A stretch of 64,000 bases of DNA from NCBI GenBank assembly GCA_046704725.1, contig JBJKRI010000008.1, positions 6,191 to 70,190 of the forward strand. Reading direction: 5' to 3'. Positions 1 to 9,405 of the stretch are shown in pieces. Made by a program: the position numbers and the translations under genes. The notes under the pieces are model-generated. The model had not been told where the DNA came from, did no database searches, and was given only the letters and a program-made list of their open reading frames with translations. Source of the DNA: Candidatus Woesearchaeota archaeon (lineage in GTDB: Archaea > Nanobdellota > Nanobdellia > Woesearchaeales > SKIA01). Every line of letters begins with the position of its first letter. Position 1 is the first letter of the stretch.

Positions 1-1
1 A

Positions 2-556
2 GCGGCGGAACGGCGCGAGTTCGAGCACATGCGCGAACGCCTGGTGGAGCGCATGGATGCGCTCGACGAACAAGTGGATGAGGGAAAGCTGTCCGACGAT
101 GCACGCGAGGATGCACTTATCAAGGATTTCGGTAAGGACTGGCGCGAGACGCTCGTCAGCCTCAACGAGGTCATCCACACAGGGAAACGAGAAGCGTTCA
201 ACCATCACGCGCCGTTCGCGGCGGCCGTGGTGCTCGTCGTCGTGGGCCTTGCGGCGCTCGCCGGAGTGTTCGGGACGACCGTCGGATTCGCCACGCTCGA
301 CGGCGTGCACCACTATACGCTCGTGCAGAGCTATCCGGTGACCGTGCACGGTGAGGGGACGTTCGTGCTCTCGAAGATCAGCGGGAGCCCCGGGACCTAC
401 GCGATCGAGCTCCAGGACGTGAGCGGCACACATACAGTGGCCGAAGCGGACGCGAACGGCGTGACCTGCACCGGATGCGGGAATACCTACACCGGACCGG
501 CGACGATCGACGTGCAAGGCGCTCCCGCGGCGAGGATCGCCGTCCAAACAAGCTGA
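2..556 (+). CDS. Membrane-anchored hypothetical protein, probably 5'-truncated by the window edge
   Basis: Frame is open from nt 2 through the ATG at 29. One hydrophobic segment (FAAAVVLVVVGLAALAGVFG) is followed by a TVGFAT motif and a beta-rich domain with CxxC. Confidence 0.6.
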   Translation, partial: AAERREFEHMRERLVERMDALDEQVDEGKLSDDAREDALIKDFGKDWRETLVSLNEVIHTGKREAFNHHAPFAAAVVLVVVGLAALAGVFGTTVGFATLDGVHHYTLVQSYPVTVHGEGTFVLSKISGSPGTYAIELQDVSGTHTVAEADANGVTCTGCGNTYTGPATIDVQGAPAARIAVQTS

Positions 557-602
557 TTCAGGGTATTCTCGAATGCACAAAGCATATTAGACTGTATCAG
601 GA

Positions 603-2837
603 ATGCGATGCATGCGCATCGTGCCTCTCATGCGCGTATTGGCGGTCGCGCTCGCCGGGAGCGCTCTTGCGGCGCCGATACCCTTCGGGCCGTCCGAACC
701 GCATCCAGGACCGTCGAGCACTATGGTCTTCCACGATAACTTCGAGGAATACAACACCGTCGCGGACATGAAGGTCGCAAACGGCGGGAACTATGTCTTC
801 AACACCGCGGGCTACGACCACATCAGCGTCTGCACCGCATGCGGATACGGCGGAAGCACGACGAGCCGCACAGGAAAAGCGGCCGAGTGGTTCTGGCCGA
901 CATCCACGATAGAGCAGGACGAGATCATGGAAAAAGACAACTTCGCCTTTCCCGCCGCACCGAGCCAGGCTCCCGAATACTTCAGCTTCATGTACAGGAC
1001 ATCGCCGGGATTCGTGTACCACACCGTGAGCCCGCGAGTGGGCAAGAAACACTTCCTCCTCATACGGCCCGGGAGCCTGGGCGCCCGCATCACCAACTAC
1101 GGTTCGGGATGGTCGCTCATGCAGACCAACGGCGTGAAGATCGACCCGAACACCTACCACTTGAGCCTCGCGCCCCAACCTGGAGACCTGAACTTCTCGG
1201 CTTGGGGATTGCAGGTGGGTGATCGCGACGGATTCGAACGCCAAGTGCTCTCGGATGGGAACTGGCACCGATTCACGTACGAGCGAGTCCCAGAGACTGT
1301 GGACGCGGCCATGAACGGGAGCTACCTCGTCTGGATCGACGGGAACCTCGTGGCCAACTACAGCGACCTGGGAGACGGGGCGGGTCCCACCGCCATCGTA
1401 CAGATATTCGGGACCTTCAACGGCGGCTCCTCCCAGGACCAATATGAATGGTTCGACAACTTCTCCGCGTGGTACGGCCCATCGCAGCACGGATCCGGCG
1501 CGTCGACATCCTGCTCGGCGAACGCCGACTGCACGCTGAACATCTCGTGCGGCGGGACAAGCCCATTGCCATTGTGCGGCGCCTCGGACTGCTATTGCGG
1601 GAACGACAGCGACCTCGGCTTCACGCCGCTACCCGCGGACGTGAACCTCGACCACGCAGTCGATGTGCGTGATCTTATCGTGCTCGTGCATGCGCTCGGA
1701 TCCGGGACGTCGCGCGCCGACCTGAACAGGGACGGGAGGGTGGATATCTTCGACCTCGTGAGCGCGGCGCGCTCCCTCGCCTCGGGAGGCTACACGCCCG
1801 GAACGACACCGCCGCAAGCGCCGTCCAACGCGATAGCGACGCTCTCGGGAACGAACGCCTCCGGAGCCACATACGCCTTCTCGTGGGGCTCCGCGGCGGG
1901 CGCCACCGGATACCACGTGACCGCAGGCTACAACGACGGCTCGTGGAGCACGAGTACCGACGTCTCCAGCACATCCACGACGCTGTTCTTCCCCTACCAC
2001 GCCGACAACCAGTCAGCCAACGGATACGCGTGCGTGGCAGCGACCGACAGCGCCGGAACGAGCGGCACGAGCTGCAGCCCGGTGAGCGTACCCGCGCCGC
2101 CCACTAGTTCTGGAGGGAACACCTCGATGCCGCTCCTGTTCTCGGACGGATTCGAGAGCGGGAACCTCAGCGCGTGGGACGACATCTACAACCAAGCACT
2201 GTTCTCGGTGACAACAGCGATAGCGCACAACGGCACGCACGCCCTCAAGGTCGTGTTCCCCGCAGGAACAGCGGGCGGTTCGATGAGCAAGTTCATCCTG
2301 CCAGGATACACGCAGGTGGAAGCGAGCATGTGGGTGTACTATCCCAATAACTTCACGGGCGGATCGAAGCTCATGCTCTTCCATATCTCTAACACGTCGA
2401 GCCCGTGGAGCGCGTTCGGACGGGCGGGGGACTGCCCGAACGGGACCGATTTCGCCCTCTCGAACATCGTGAGCGGAGACATCCCGGGAGGAGGCATGAC
2501 ATTCTACACCTACTACGTTGGCGAGCCGAAAGAGCCGGACAACGTGACCTGCTGGGGAAGGTACGGGACAGGGGTCGCGCAATACTACTCGCCGCGGGAG
2601 ATCTACCGCGGGTCCTGGCACCACATAGAGTTCTACGAGAAACTCAACACGCCCGGCCAGAACAACAGCATACAACGCTTCTGGCTTGACGGCGTCCTCC
2701 AAGGAGAATGGAAGGGGGCGGTCTTCCGGACGATACCCGACCTGCTGAACACCGCCTTCACGATCGAGCTGTCCACGAGTGGAATCACGAGCACGCAGGT
2801 ATTTTACATCGACGATGTGAAGGTCTACGGCAGCTGA
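603..2837 (+). CDS. Secreted protein: jelly-roll domain, Cys-rich linker, dockerin-like domain, FN3/Ig-like domain, C-terminal polysaccharide-lyase-like (PL14-like) jelly roll
   Basis: Signal peptide (RVLAVALAGSALA). Paired EF-hand-like loops ADVNLDHAVDVRDL and ADLNRDGRVDIFDL. C-terminal FSDGFES...WHHIEFYEKLNTPG...FWLDG...FYIDDVKVY pattern. Confidence 0.7.
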   Translation: MRCMRIVPLMRVLAVALAGSALAAPIPFGPSEPHPGPSSTMVFHDNFEEYNTVADMKVANGGNYVFNTAGYDHISVCTACGYGGSTTSRTGKAAEWFWPTSTIEQDEIMEKDNFAFPAAPSQAPEYFSFMYRTSPGFVYHTVSPRVGKKHFLLIRPGSLGARITNYGSGWSLMQTNGVKIDPNTYHLSLAPQPGDLNFSAWGLQVGDRDGFERQVLSDGNWHRFTYERVPETVDAAMNGSYLVWIDGNLVANYSDLGDGAGPTAIVQIFGTFNGGSSQDQYEWFDNFSAWYGPSQHGSGASTSCSANADCTLNISCGGTSPLPLCGASDCYCGNDSDLGFTPLPADVNLDHAVDVRDLIVLVHALGSGTSRADLNRDGRVDIFDLVSAARSLASGGYTPGTTPPQAPSNAIATLSGTNASGATYAFSWGSAAGATGYHVTAGYNDGSWSTSTDVSSTSTTLFFPYHADNQSANGYACVAATDSAGTSGTSCSPVSVPAPPTSSGGNTSMPLLFSDGFESGNLSAWDDIYNQALFSVTTAIAHNGTHALKVVFPAGTAGGSMSKFILPGYTQVEASMWVYYPNNFTGGSKLMLFHISNTSSPWSAFGRAGDCPNGTDFALSNIVSGDIPGGGMTFYTYYVGEPKEPDNVTCWGRYGTGVAQYYSPREIYRGSWHHIEFYEKLNTPGQNNSIQRFWLDGVLQGEWKGAVFRTIPDLLNTAFTIELSTSGITSTQVFYIDDVKVYGS

Positions 2838-2846
2838 GAATAGCTA

Positions 2847-2852
2847 TTTATA
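2847..2852 (+). promoter_or_regulatory. Archaeal TATA box; equivalent boxes at 4980-4985 and 7096-7103 precede the next paralogues
   Basis: TTTATA/TTTTTATT located 22-24 nt upstream of each start codon, consistent with leaderless transcripts. Confidence 0.6.
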
Positions 2853-2873
2853 CTCCTATTCTTGAAGGGCGTC

Positions 2874-4967
2874 ATGCGCGCCGTCATGTGGGGGGTCGTC
2901 ATCATCTTGCTCGCATCGCTCGTCCTCGCGGGTGCGGGGGACGTGAACAATGACGGTGTGGTGAACGTGCAGGACCTGTTGTTTGTCGTGCAGAACATCC
3001 ATGCCGGTTCCTCCTTTAACACGGCCGCTGACGTGAACGGCGACGGTGTGGTGAACATCTTCGACCTCGTAGACGTCGCGCGCGATTTCGGGAAGACGTA
3101 TGGTTCCGTGCCGTTCTTCAGTGATGGTTTCGAGCATTACGCTCCGGGGACTGGTGGCTTGTCCAGCCTCACCACAACGTATGATCCGGCTGGGAGCGGT
3201 TTTTCTTGGGATCCGGGCAACAATAATCCTGGTGGTGTAGCGTCTGTTACGGTGACTGATGCGATCGCGCATTCGGGTAATCATAGTCTTGATTTCTTTT
3301 TTCCAGGCGGGGCGAACGGGTCTGACTCCTCCGCCGAGCAGCGTTTGTCTTTTGGGCGCAACCTCTCTGAGGTCTGGTTGAGCTATTACATCTACTTGCC
3401 TGATGGCACGCATGGACTGTGGAATCGTTTCGTGCACCGGTACGATCCGAACGGTCCGAACAATGACAAGTTCATCGATATTTGGGGCAGCCAGTACAGC
3501 GTGCTGAACGGCGGGGGGATCCTCATGGGCTTCAGTACGAACATGGGCTCGACCGGTGGTTGGATCGAGAGCAGTTGGGGATCTGACAATATCGTGTGCA
3601 CCGGGACCCAGATCGTGGATATCTACCCGAGTTGTGGTACGGGTGCTGGTTGGACTCCGCGTGGTTCGTGGCCGAACGGTTATCTCGGGCGTTGGTTGCA
3701 TGTGCAAGCGCATGTCAAGCTCGCGCATAATGTGACCGCTTCTGACGGCTCGATGTACTTAATCATCGATGGAACGGTGTTCAGCAACCGGACGGGCCTT
3801 GCCATGTCGGGTCGTGCGGGGTATGATTATCTTGCGAATGCGTATCTTTGGGGGTGGGCGAACAGCGGTTTCTCGAATGACACGCATGTCTTCGTGGATG
3901 ATTTCAAGATCTATGATACGAATCCTGGCTGGTTCGCCAGCGACACCACTCCCCCCGTCGTTTCTGGCGGTTATACGACCGGAAAGCTGTCAGCGGGGAT
4001 GACGAGCGCGACGCTCGCTGTCACGACGAACGAGAACGCAACATGCAGATACAGCACGACAGCCAATACCGCGTACGGCAGCATGACGAACACGTTCAGC
4101 ACGACCGGCGGCACGTCGCATTTCACGACGGTCTCCGGTCTGTCCGACGGGCAGAACTATATGTATTACGTCCGTTGCATGGATGTTTCTGGGAACGCTG
4201 ACTCTAGCGACTACGCGGTGAACTTCTTGGTAGCGAATCCGGCGAGCGCGTTGCATCCTCACGAGCCGGCCGGCATGACCGTCATCGGCGATGACAACGG
4301 GAGCGTGGCGCAAGCGAACGGACACGCTTTTGGCATCACCGCTTTCGGCGGCTGGACCGATCCGAGCAATGTCGTCAATTACACTGATCCGACGAATCCT
4401 GTGGGGAGCGGAAAGTCCGTCGAGTTCCATTGGTTATCCTCGATGAGCGGCGCGGCGAAATCGTTCGCATCGTTCACGCCCTACCACCAATTGTACGTCT
4501 CGTTCTGGGTGTACTATGTATACACCGGGACGGAATGGCAGAACGGGCAGAAGTTCTTCTACTTCGGGCTGCTCAACGGAGGAAGGCCCACCTACACGGA
4601 TTTCTACTTGGATCGTCCTGCAAGCTCGATTCCGGAGCCCATCCGCGTCGTCAATCAGAACGGTGGAGCAGTGAACCCGATGATCGATACCGCGTATTCG
4701 CCCCCGCAGGGCACGAATACCAAACCGCTGGTGATGAACCAGTGGATACACGTCGAGCTGCTCGCCACGGACGAGACGAATTCGAGCGCGAACGACGGTT
4801 CAGTCTATATGTGGGTTGATGGCAAACTCGCGGGCTATCTCGACAACGCTGATTGGGGGACCGGCGGCGGAAGCGGATTCGCAGGGATGGAATGGTACGC
4901 GCACGCGAACAGCGTTCCTGTCGACTCCATCTATCGGATTGGGGAGCTGTATATCGCTGGTAAATAG
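2874..4967 (+). CDS. Secreted dockerin + jelly roll (type A) + Ig-like + jelly roll (type B) protein
   Basis: ATG 2874 lies 22 nt after TTTATA (the ORF track starts at TTG 2862). Signal peptide, GDVNNDGVVNVQDL/ADVNGDGVVNIFDL dockerin duplication, YLWGWANSGF motif, and an Ig module shared with the next two genes. Confidence 0.75.
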   Translation: MRAVMWGVVIILLASLVLAGAGDVNNDGVVNVQDLLFVVQNIHAGSSFNTAADVNGDGVVNIFDLVDVARDFGKTYGSVPFFSDGFEHYAPGTGGLSSLTTTYDPAGSGFSWDPGNNNPGGVASVTVTDAIAHSGNHSLDFFFPGGANGSDSSAEQRLSFGRNLSEVWLSYYIYLPDGTHGLWNRFVHRYDPNGPNNDKFIDIWGSQYSVLNGGGILMGFSTNMGSTGGWIESSWGSDNIVCTGTQIVDIYPSCGTGAGWTPRGSWPNGYLGRWLHVQAHVKLAHNVTASDGSMYLIIDGTVFSNRTGLAMSGRAGYDYLANAYLWGWANSGFSNDTHVFVDDFKIYDTNPGWFASDTTPPVVSGGYTTGKLSAGMTSATLAVTTNENATCRYSTTANTAYGSMTNTFSTTGGTSHFTTVSGLSDGQNYMYYVRCMDVSGNADSSDYAVNFLVANPASALHPHEPAGMTVIGDDNGSVAQANGHAFGITAFGGWTDPSNVVNYTDPTNPVGSGKSVEFHWLSSMSGAAKSFASFTPYHQLYVSFWVYYVYTGTEWQNGQKFFYFGLLNGGRPTYTDFYLDRPASSIPEPIRVVNQNGGAVNPMIDTAYSPPQGTNTKPLVMNQWIHVELLATDETNSSANDGSVYMWVDGKLAGYLDNADWGTGGGSGFAGMEWYAHANSVPVDSIYRIGELYIAGK
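3030..3085 (+). repeat. 56-nt perfect direct repeat (second dockerin loop); second copy at 5168..5223
   Basis: Identical gacgtgaacggcgacggtgtggtgaacatcttcgacctcgtagacgtcgcgcgcga in both genes. Confidence 0.9.
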
Positions 4968-5008
4968 TCCTTAGAAACGTTTATATGGTTTGTTTCTAGG
5001 GTGGATTC

Positions 5009-7090
5009 GTGCGTGCTGCAATCGCTTTCGGAACGTTCTGTGCACTATTGCTTTGCGTGTCGATCGTCCTCGCGGGCGCGGGCGATGTGAACGGTGACGG
5101 CGTGGTGAACGTGCAGGACCTCCTGCTCGTGGTGCAGAACATCCACGCAGGAACCATCGGGAACGCCGACGTGAACGGCGACGGTGTGGTGAACATCTTC
5201 GACCTCGTAGACGTCGCGCGCGACTTCGGCAAGACGTACTCCACCCCCTCCTCGGGAGGCGCTCCGTCGTATTCCGACGGTTTCGAGAGCTACGCGCTCA
5301 ACACCACGCTTGACGCTACTTCCGCCACCGGCTTCTCCTGGAACGGCGGTTCCCCGAACGTGGTCGTGTCCGACCAGATCGCTCGCACCGGGAACAAGAG
5401 CCTCGAGTTCCTCTACCATGGCAAGCCTCCTGGCGGGGACGCCACGGCGGAGCAGCGTTTCACGTTCGCGCCCAACGCGTCGACCGCGCCGAGCGAGGTC
5501 TGGATGGAGTGGTACGTGTACTTCCCGAAGAATTTCGTGTATAGGACTGATGGCGTCGCGTTGAACAACAAGCTTTTCAACATTTGGGCCGAGACCTACT
5601 CTGCCTCGCCCAACTTTGATATGGAGTATCAGGGATCCACCAGCAGCATAAGTCCACATGTTAACATCTACACTAGTGGAGGACCGAACTCTGCCAACTT
5701 CCATTTCGATACGTATCAGATCTGGACGAATGATGCCTCTGTGGCGGGCGCGTGGCACCAGATTCGGCTATACATGCGGCTGGGAAATGGCAATACCGAC
5801 CTCGGCGCCATCGACGTCTGGTTCGATGGCAAGTTGGTCGTGCATTTACGCACGAACGAATTACCTTTCTATGATACCGCGCATAACTATTTCCGAAACG
5901 GCTATCTCATGGGATGGGCGAACACCGGCTTCACGAACGACACTGCCTTCTATATTGATGACCTAAAGGTCTACACGAGCGATCCCGGGTGGTTCGCGCC
6001 ACCGAACATCACGAGCAGCTCTCCGTCCGGAACGCTCAATGCAGGAACGACGAACACGACGCTGTCCGTCACGACCAACGAGAACGCGACGTGCAAGTAC
6101 AGCACGACAGCAGGAACCGCGTACAGCAGCATGGCAAGCACGTTCTCCACGACCGGAGGGACCGTGCATTCCACGTCGGTCTCCGGATTGACGGACGGGA
6201 ACAGCTACACGTACTACGTCCGTTGCGAGGACACCTCAGGCAATGCAGATACGAGCGACTATGGGGTGTCCTTCTCCGTCGCTTCCGCCTCCGCTTCGAC
6301 GTCATTGTATTCCGACGGTTTCGAATCCGACGCTGTCGGTTCCACCGTGACGGGGACCGGGAACCAGAACTTCATGTGGCTCGGAGGCGACGTGTCCATC
6401 CACGTATCGAACCTGCTCGCCCATTCCGGCAGCAACAGCCTCCGGCTGGAGTACAATCACTTCAGCACCGACCCGAGCACGTACTCCTCGAACGAGCAGC
6501 GGTTCAACTTCACACCGAGCAAGGAGGTGTGGTTCGAGTACTACATCTACTTCCCGAGCGGGAACGAAGGGCTCGGACTAAACCGGTACGTCCAGCGCGA
6601 CTCTCCGGACGGCATCAACAACAAGCTCTTCACGCTGTGGGCGGATAGCTACAGCGCCGACCCGCTCGTCGTGTACCAGACCTGGTCGAACGGCACGACG
6701 GGAAACAACTTCCTGAACTATGGGGGCACGGAAGCGGACCCGACCCATCCTGCTCTGGTGCTGTATCCGGACACGTCCGGTACCACCATCACGGGAACGT
6801 ACGGCAACCATTACATGTACGTCGGCGACGGCGTCAAGCGCGGGCAGTGGACACAGATGCGTTTCCACCTCAAGGTCGCGGACTACGGGCAGAAGAACGG
6901 TGAGGAGGAAGTGTGGGTGAACGGCAAACAGGTGCTCCAGACGTTGAACCTTCCGCTCTACGACCCGACGAACACCGCCAACTACTTCGCCCACGGGTAT
7001 CTGATGGGATGGGCGAACAGCGGTTTCAACGTGAACACGAGCGTCTTCATCGACGACTTCAAGCTCTATACGTCGAATCCAGGCTGGTAG
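5009..7090 (+). CDS. Secreted dockerin + jelly roll (A) + Ig-like + jelly roll (A) protein
   Basis: GTG start 24 nt after TTTATA. Dockerin duplication. Two copies of the YLMGWAN(T/S)GF...F(Y/I)IDD.K.Y...PGW domain. Confidence 0.75.
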   Translation: MRAAIAFGTFCALLLCVSIVLAGAGDVNGDGVVNVQDLLLVVQNIHAGTIGNADVNGDGVVNIFDLVDVARDFGKTYSTPSSGGAPSYSDGFESYALNTTLDATSATGFSWNGGSPNVVVSDQIARTGNKSLEFLYHGKPPGGDATAEQRFTFAPNASTAPSEVWMEWYVYFPKNFVYRTDGVALNNKLFNIWAETYSASPNFDMEYQGSTSSISPHVNIYTSGGPNSANFHFDTYQIWTNDASVAGAWHQIRLYMRLGNGNTDLGAIDVWFDGKLVVHLRTNELPFYDTAHNYFRNGYLMGWANTGFTNDTAFYIDDLKVYTSDPGWFAPPNITSSSPSGTLNAGTTNTTLSVTTNENATCKYSTTAGTAYSSMASTFSTTGGTVHSTSVSGLTDGNSYTYYVRCEDTSGNADTSDYGVSFSVASASASTSLYSDGFESDAVGSTVTGTGNQNFMWLGGDVSIHVSNLLAHSGSNSLRLEYNHFSTDPSTYSSNEQRFNFTPSKEVWFEYYIYFPSGNEGLGLNRYVQRDSPDGINNKLFTLWADSYSADPLVVYQTWSNGTTGNNFLNYGGTEADPTHPALVLYPDTSGTTITGTYGNHYMYVGDGVKRGQWTQMRFHLKVADYGQKNGEEEVWVNGKQVLQTLNLPLYDPTNTANYFAHGYLMGWANSGFNVNTSVFIDDFKLYTSNPGW
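5066..5151 (+). repeat. 86-nt perfect direct repeat (first dockerin loop); second copy at 7190..7275
   Basis: Base-by-base comparison of gtcctcgcgggc...catccacgcagg in both genes. Confidence 0.9.
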
Positions 7091-7126
7091 ATACGTTTTT
7101 ATTGTGTTTTCCGTAGATGCGTCTCG

Positions 7127-9214
7127 ATGCGTATCCGGTCTGGTCTGGTCGTCGGTGTCTTCCTGAGCGTGCTGCTCGTCTGCTCCGTGGTCCTCGCGGG
7201 CGCGGGCGATGTGAACGGTGACGGCGTGGTGAACGTGCAGGACCTCCTGCTCGTGGTGCAGAACATCCACGCAGGGAGCTCGTTCAATGCCGCGGCTGAC
7301 GTGAACGGTGATGGTGTCGTCAACATCTTCGACCTCGTGGATGTCGCCCGTGATTTCGGTAAAACATATTCCACTGGAAAAGGTTTTGCGGTTATTCCGT
7401 ATTTTTCCGATGGTTTCGAGAACGCAACGGTAGGCAGCCACATTAATGGACGGGGTGCGGACGGTTTCAGATGGGGTTCTTATGATGGCCATTGCGTCGT
7501 GAGCACGGCCATGGCTCATTCAGGCAATAAGTCGTTGTTGATCCAATACCCGGTAGCGGCGGCCGGAAGCGACAGCTTCGCAGAGCAGTACTTCGAGTTG
7601 GCGCCGAACGCTTCGACAGCGCCGAAGGAGGTCTGGATCGAGTGGTACGTCCACTTCCCGTCCAACTATGTATTCCGGTATACTGAGAGTCCCAATAACA
7701 ACAAGCTCTGGGCCATCTGGGCGGAGACGTATTCACACTCGCCGTTCGTGGACCTGGAATACCAGGGCACGTCCAGCAGCGTCAATCCCCTCGTGAACTA
7801 CTACACTGTATATCAAGGGTCGAGCACCAACAGGGGCGGCTCTTTCTTCGACCGGCGCCAGATATGGTCGGTGGATTCCGATGTGGCCGGCGAATGGCAC
7901 CAGATCCGGCTCCATCTGCGCCTCGGTGATGGCGGCGCTACGGACAATGGCGTCGCGGATATGTGGTTCGACGGTAACCGTATAGGCCACCTGCGCGGCA
8001 ATGACTCGCCCTTCTACGACACCACGAACAACTATTTCCGCAACGGCTACATCATGGGATGGGCGAACGCTGGGTTCTCGAATACGACCTCGTTCTACAT
8101 CGACGATTTCAAGGTCTACGCGAGCGATCCCGGGTGGTTCGCGCCACCGAATATCACGATCAGTTCACCCGCTGGGACTCTCAGTGCAGGAACGACGACC
8201 ACGACGCTCTCCGTGACGACGGACAAGAACGCGACATGCAGATACAGCACCACAGCGAACACCTCATATAGCAGCATGGCAAACACATTCTCCACGACCG
8301 GCGGGACGACTCACTCAGCCACCGTCTCCGGACTCGTCGGCGGGCAGTCCTACACGTATTACGTGCGGTGCGTGGACGCTTCTGGGAGTGCAGACACGAG
8401 CGATTACCCGATCATGTTCTCGGTCGCGGCTACGACCGGTCCATCAACGTTCCACGAGCCGGCCGGCATGACGACGATATTCAACATGACGGGGAACACG
8501 AAGGACTGGGACAGCACGGCGTACAACGGCTCCTCCATCATTTTCTACGGCAAGAACTGGGGGAATCCCGCGGAGGGGAGCACGGGCCCGTTCACGGGCA
8601 GGGTGAGCGTCGTGGACGACCCGGCAGCGCCGTACGGCAAAGCGGTACAGGTGTTATTCCCCAACGGAACCGGTGAAGGTTTCTCGGGACTGGCCGTACT
8701 CTCCTTCGGACAGCCGTACCGCAAGATGTATCTTCGCGCCACGTTCGAGTACAATCCCGACTGGCAACAGCACCCCTCGGGAACGACCAAGCTCTTCTAC
8801 TACGGCATCCCCGGCCATCTGAACGCGTTCTACCCGCAGATGCACGGGTCGAGCTGGAACATGCGATGGAGGGACCAGTACTCCGGTGCGAACGCGCTGA
8901 CCGCGGACCCGGACGTTCCGGCGTACTTTCCACCGGGAAGCTACCACACCCTCGAGATCTATCAGGTCGAGTCGCACAGCGGGGCCAGCGACGGCTCGAT
9001 GACGCTCTGGCTGGACGGCAAGAAGATAGATGTCTGGAAGGACCTGGCGATTGGCTCCCTTGTGAACCTCACACAACCCGTGTACAATTTCACCGGAGGA
9101 CAATTGCTGGATGGCGCGCAGCTCGGGACGTACTGGGGTGGTTCAGGAGGCTTCCACAAGACGCAGAACGACTGGATGCGCTGGGGGGACATCTTCATCG
9201 CCGGCTCGAACTGA
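7127..9214 (+). CDS. Secreted dockerin + jelly roll (A) + Ig-like + jelly roll (B) protein
   Basis: ATG about 24 nt after TTTTTATT. Same architecture as 2874..4967, with an HEPAGMT start of the type-B domain. Confidence 0.75.
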   Translation: MRIRSGLVVGVFLSVLLVCSVVLAGAGDVNGDGVVNVQDLLLVVQNIHAGSSFNAAADVNGDGVVNIFDLVDVARDFGKTYSTGKGFAVIPYFSDGFENATVGSHINGRGADGFRWGSYDGHCVVSTAMAHSGNKSLLIQYPVAAAGSDSFAEQYFELAPNASTAPKEVWIEWYVHFPSNYVFRYTESPNNNKLWAIWAETYSHSPFVDLEYQGTSSSVNPLVNYYTVYQGSSTNRGGSFFDRRQIWSVDSDVAGEWHQIRLHLRLGDGGATDNGVADMWFDGNRIGHLRGNDSPFYDTTNNYFRNGYIMGWANAGFSNTTSFYIDDFKVYASDPGWFAPPNITISSPAGTLSAGTTTTTLSVTTDKNATCRYSTTANTSYSSMANTFSTTGGTTHSATVSGLVGGQSYTYYVRCVDASGSADTSDYPIMFSVAATTGPSTFHEPAGMTTIFNMTGNTKDWDSTAYNGSSIIFYGKNWGNPAEGSTGPFTGRVSVVDDPAAPYGKAVQVLFPNGTGEGFSGLAVLSFGQPYRKMYLRATFEYNPDWQQHPSGTTKLFYYGIPGHLNAFYPQMHGSSWNMRWRDQYSGANALTADPDVPAYFPPGSYHTLEIYQVESHSGASDGSMTLWLDGKKIDVWKDLAIGSLVNLTQPVYNFTGGQLLDGAQLGTYWGGSGGFHKTQNDWMRWGDIFIAGSN

Positions 9215-9405
9215 ATATTCCGTGGCCCTTTTCATCGAGGCTCGCTCCCATGGAGACACTGGATTTCTCACGTATGATGATCGAGTTGTGGGAGGGGAGA
9301 ATCGTTTTGCTGCTGACTGCAGCGTTGCACAGGAAATCCCTGCGTGGAGCATCGTTTCCGATGTATGGAAGAAAACCGTAGTCTTTAAAAGGGATTGCTC
9401 GGGGT

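Noticed and set aside
9250-9381. Short ORF between the dockerin array and the giant gene
   Set aside because: About 43 codons with no motif or SD; the region looks like a promoter/leader.
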